DNA from: an uncultured Spirochaetota bacterium
GTDB taxonomy: Bacteria > Spirochaetota > Spirochaetia > SZUA-6 > CAVTHK01
DNA: 49,006 nt
Direction of reading: 5' to 3'
Assembly (NCBI GenBank): GCA_963734495.1
Contig: CAVTHK010000017.1
Coordinates: 1-49,006 of the forward strand
Position 1 is the first letter of the stretch, and each line of letters opens with the position of its first letter. The notes beneath the pieces are model-generated. The model saw only the letters and a list, made by a program, of their open reading frames with translations. It was not told the DNA's origin and did no database searches. Positions 48,413-49,006 of the stretch are shown piece by piece. The position numbers and the translations under genes are program-made.

Positions 48413-48807
48413 ACGCAGAAGAGCCCCGGTCCCGCCGCTTCCACGAGTACACGGTCGCCGGCCGCTGGAAGGTCCTGGCGGGCCGCACCGACGAAGACAA
48501 CGACACTCTCAGCCTCCGCGTCGCGAGCCCGAACGACCGCTGGTTCCACGTGAGGGGCATGCCCGGCAGCCACGTGCTGCTCCGGTGTCCCGCCGGCGAG
48601 GAGCCGGACCGGGAGACGCTCCGGACTGTGGCGGCGATCGCGGCGTACCACAGCAAGGCGCGGGAGGCGGGCGTGGTCGCGGTCTCGTGCGTGCGCGCCG
48701 TCAACGTCTCGAAGCCGCGCGGGGCAAAGCCTGGCACGGTGCAGATCCGCAGGGAGACAGTGCTCAGGGTCCGGCCCGGGCTCGGCCCCGCCGTCGTAAA
48801 GCTCTAG
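48409..48807 (+). CDS. Stand-alone NFACT RNA-binding (DUF814) domain protein
   Basis: GRTDEDNDTL, WFHV...PGSHV, AAYHSKAR, VSKPRGAKPGTV; GTGA overlap with the upstream gene. Confidence 0.88.
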   Translation: MNAEEPRSRRFHEYTVAGRWKVLAGRTDEDNDTLSLRVASPNDRWFHVRGMPGSHVLLRCPAGEEPDRETLRTVAAIAAYHSKAREAGVVAVSCVRAVNVSKPRGAKPGTVQIRRETVLRVRPGLGPAVVKL

Positions 48808-49006
48808 ATCCCCGCTGCCTGCAGCCGCGCCGCGAACTGATCGAGCTGCTCCCGCGAGCCCGCCTCGGCGAGCCCGAGGAGGGCGAGGACCGGATCGAGC
48901 AGGGGCCCGAGGGACACCCGCAGGAGCTCGCTCTCGAAGGCGGTCGTGTCGTTCTCTCCCGCCGAAAGGGCGAGCTCCTCGGCGTCCGCGCCGCGCGCTA
49001 GGCACG
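48764..49006 (-). CDS. 3' end of an unidentified gene entering from the window edge
   Basis: Open GC3-rich frame ...DAEELALSAGENDTTAFESELLRVSLGPLLDPV...EQLDQFAARL...* ending at 48764. Confidence 0.45.

Noticed and set aside
1-49006. CRISPR arrays, tRNA/rRNA genes, IS elements, integrases, prophage or defence genes
   Set aside because: No regularly spaced repeats, RNA gene signatures or transposase, integrase or nuclease motifs were seen; intergenic gaps are short.

Overview
A 49 kb, very GC-rich, gene-dense bacterial chromosomal segment. The solute-binding protein N-termini (e.g. AVFASGTQE, ASWAGGTTE, no lipobox Cys) resemble free-living Spirochaetia; this is an inference. No rRNA, tRNA, CRISPR array or mobile element was recognised. 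Content, left to right: a sugar-type ABC operon fragment; ppa; an atypical single-domain receiver; a P3A-type (H+-ATPase-like) P-type ATPase whose catalytic motifs are systematically altered; an OmpR-family two-component pair; a membrane fatty-acid desaturase transcribed divergently from narGHJI plus a PpiC-type foldase; housekeeping and detoxification genes (two aldo/keto reductases, pip, RluA, O-methyltransferase, Gfo/Idh/MocA, M50 protease, mgsA, APH-like kinase); a second ABC system with an amidohydrolase; a yhhQ-queF-tandem-GGDEF cluster; an OsmC protein; acs; a DipZ/TlpA/MauE/COG4315 thiol-redox cluster; a third ABC system with a DUF6259-like putative glycosidase and an alpha/alpha-barrel protein; DinB, YdeI and NFACT-R genes. 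Many genes carry single indels, densest at 41.4-46.8 kb, most likely long-read assembly errors. The most notable signals are the full-length but catalytically degenerate P-type ATPase (with candidate operators linking it to the adjacent two-component system, and a neighbouring Asp-to-Glu receiver) and the tandem dual-GGDEF cyclase overlapping queF.
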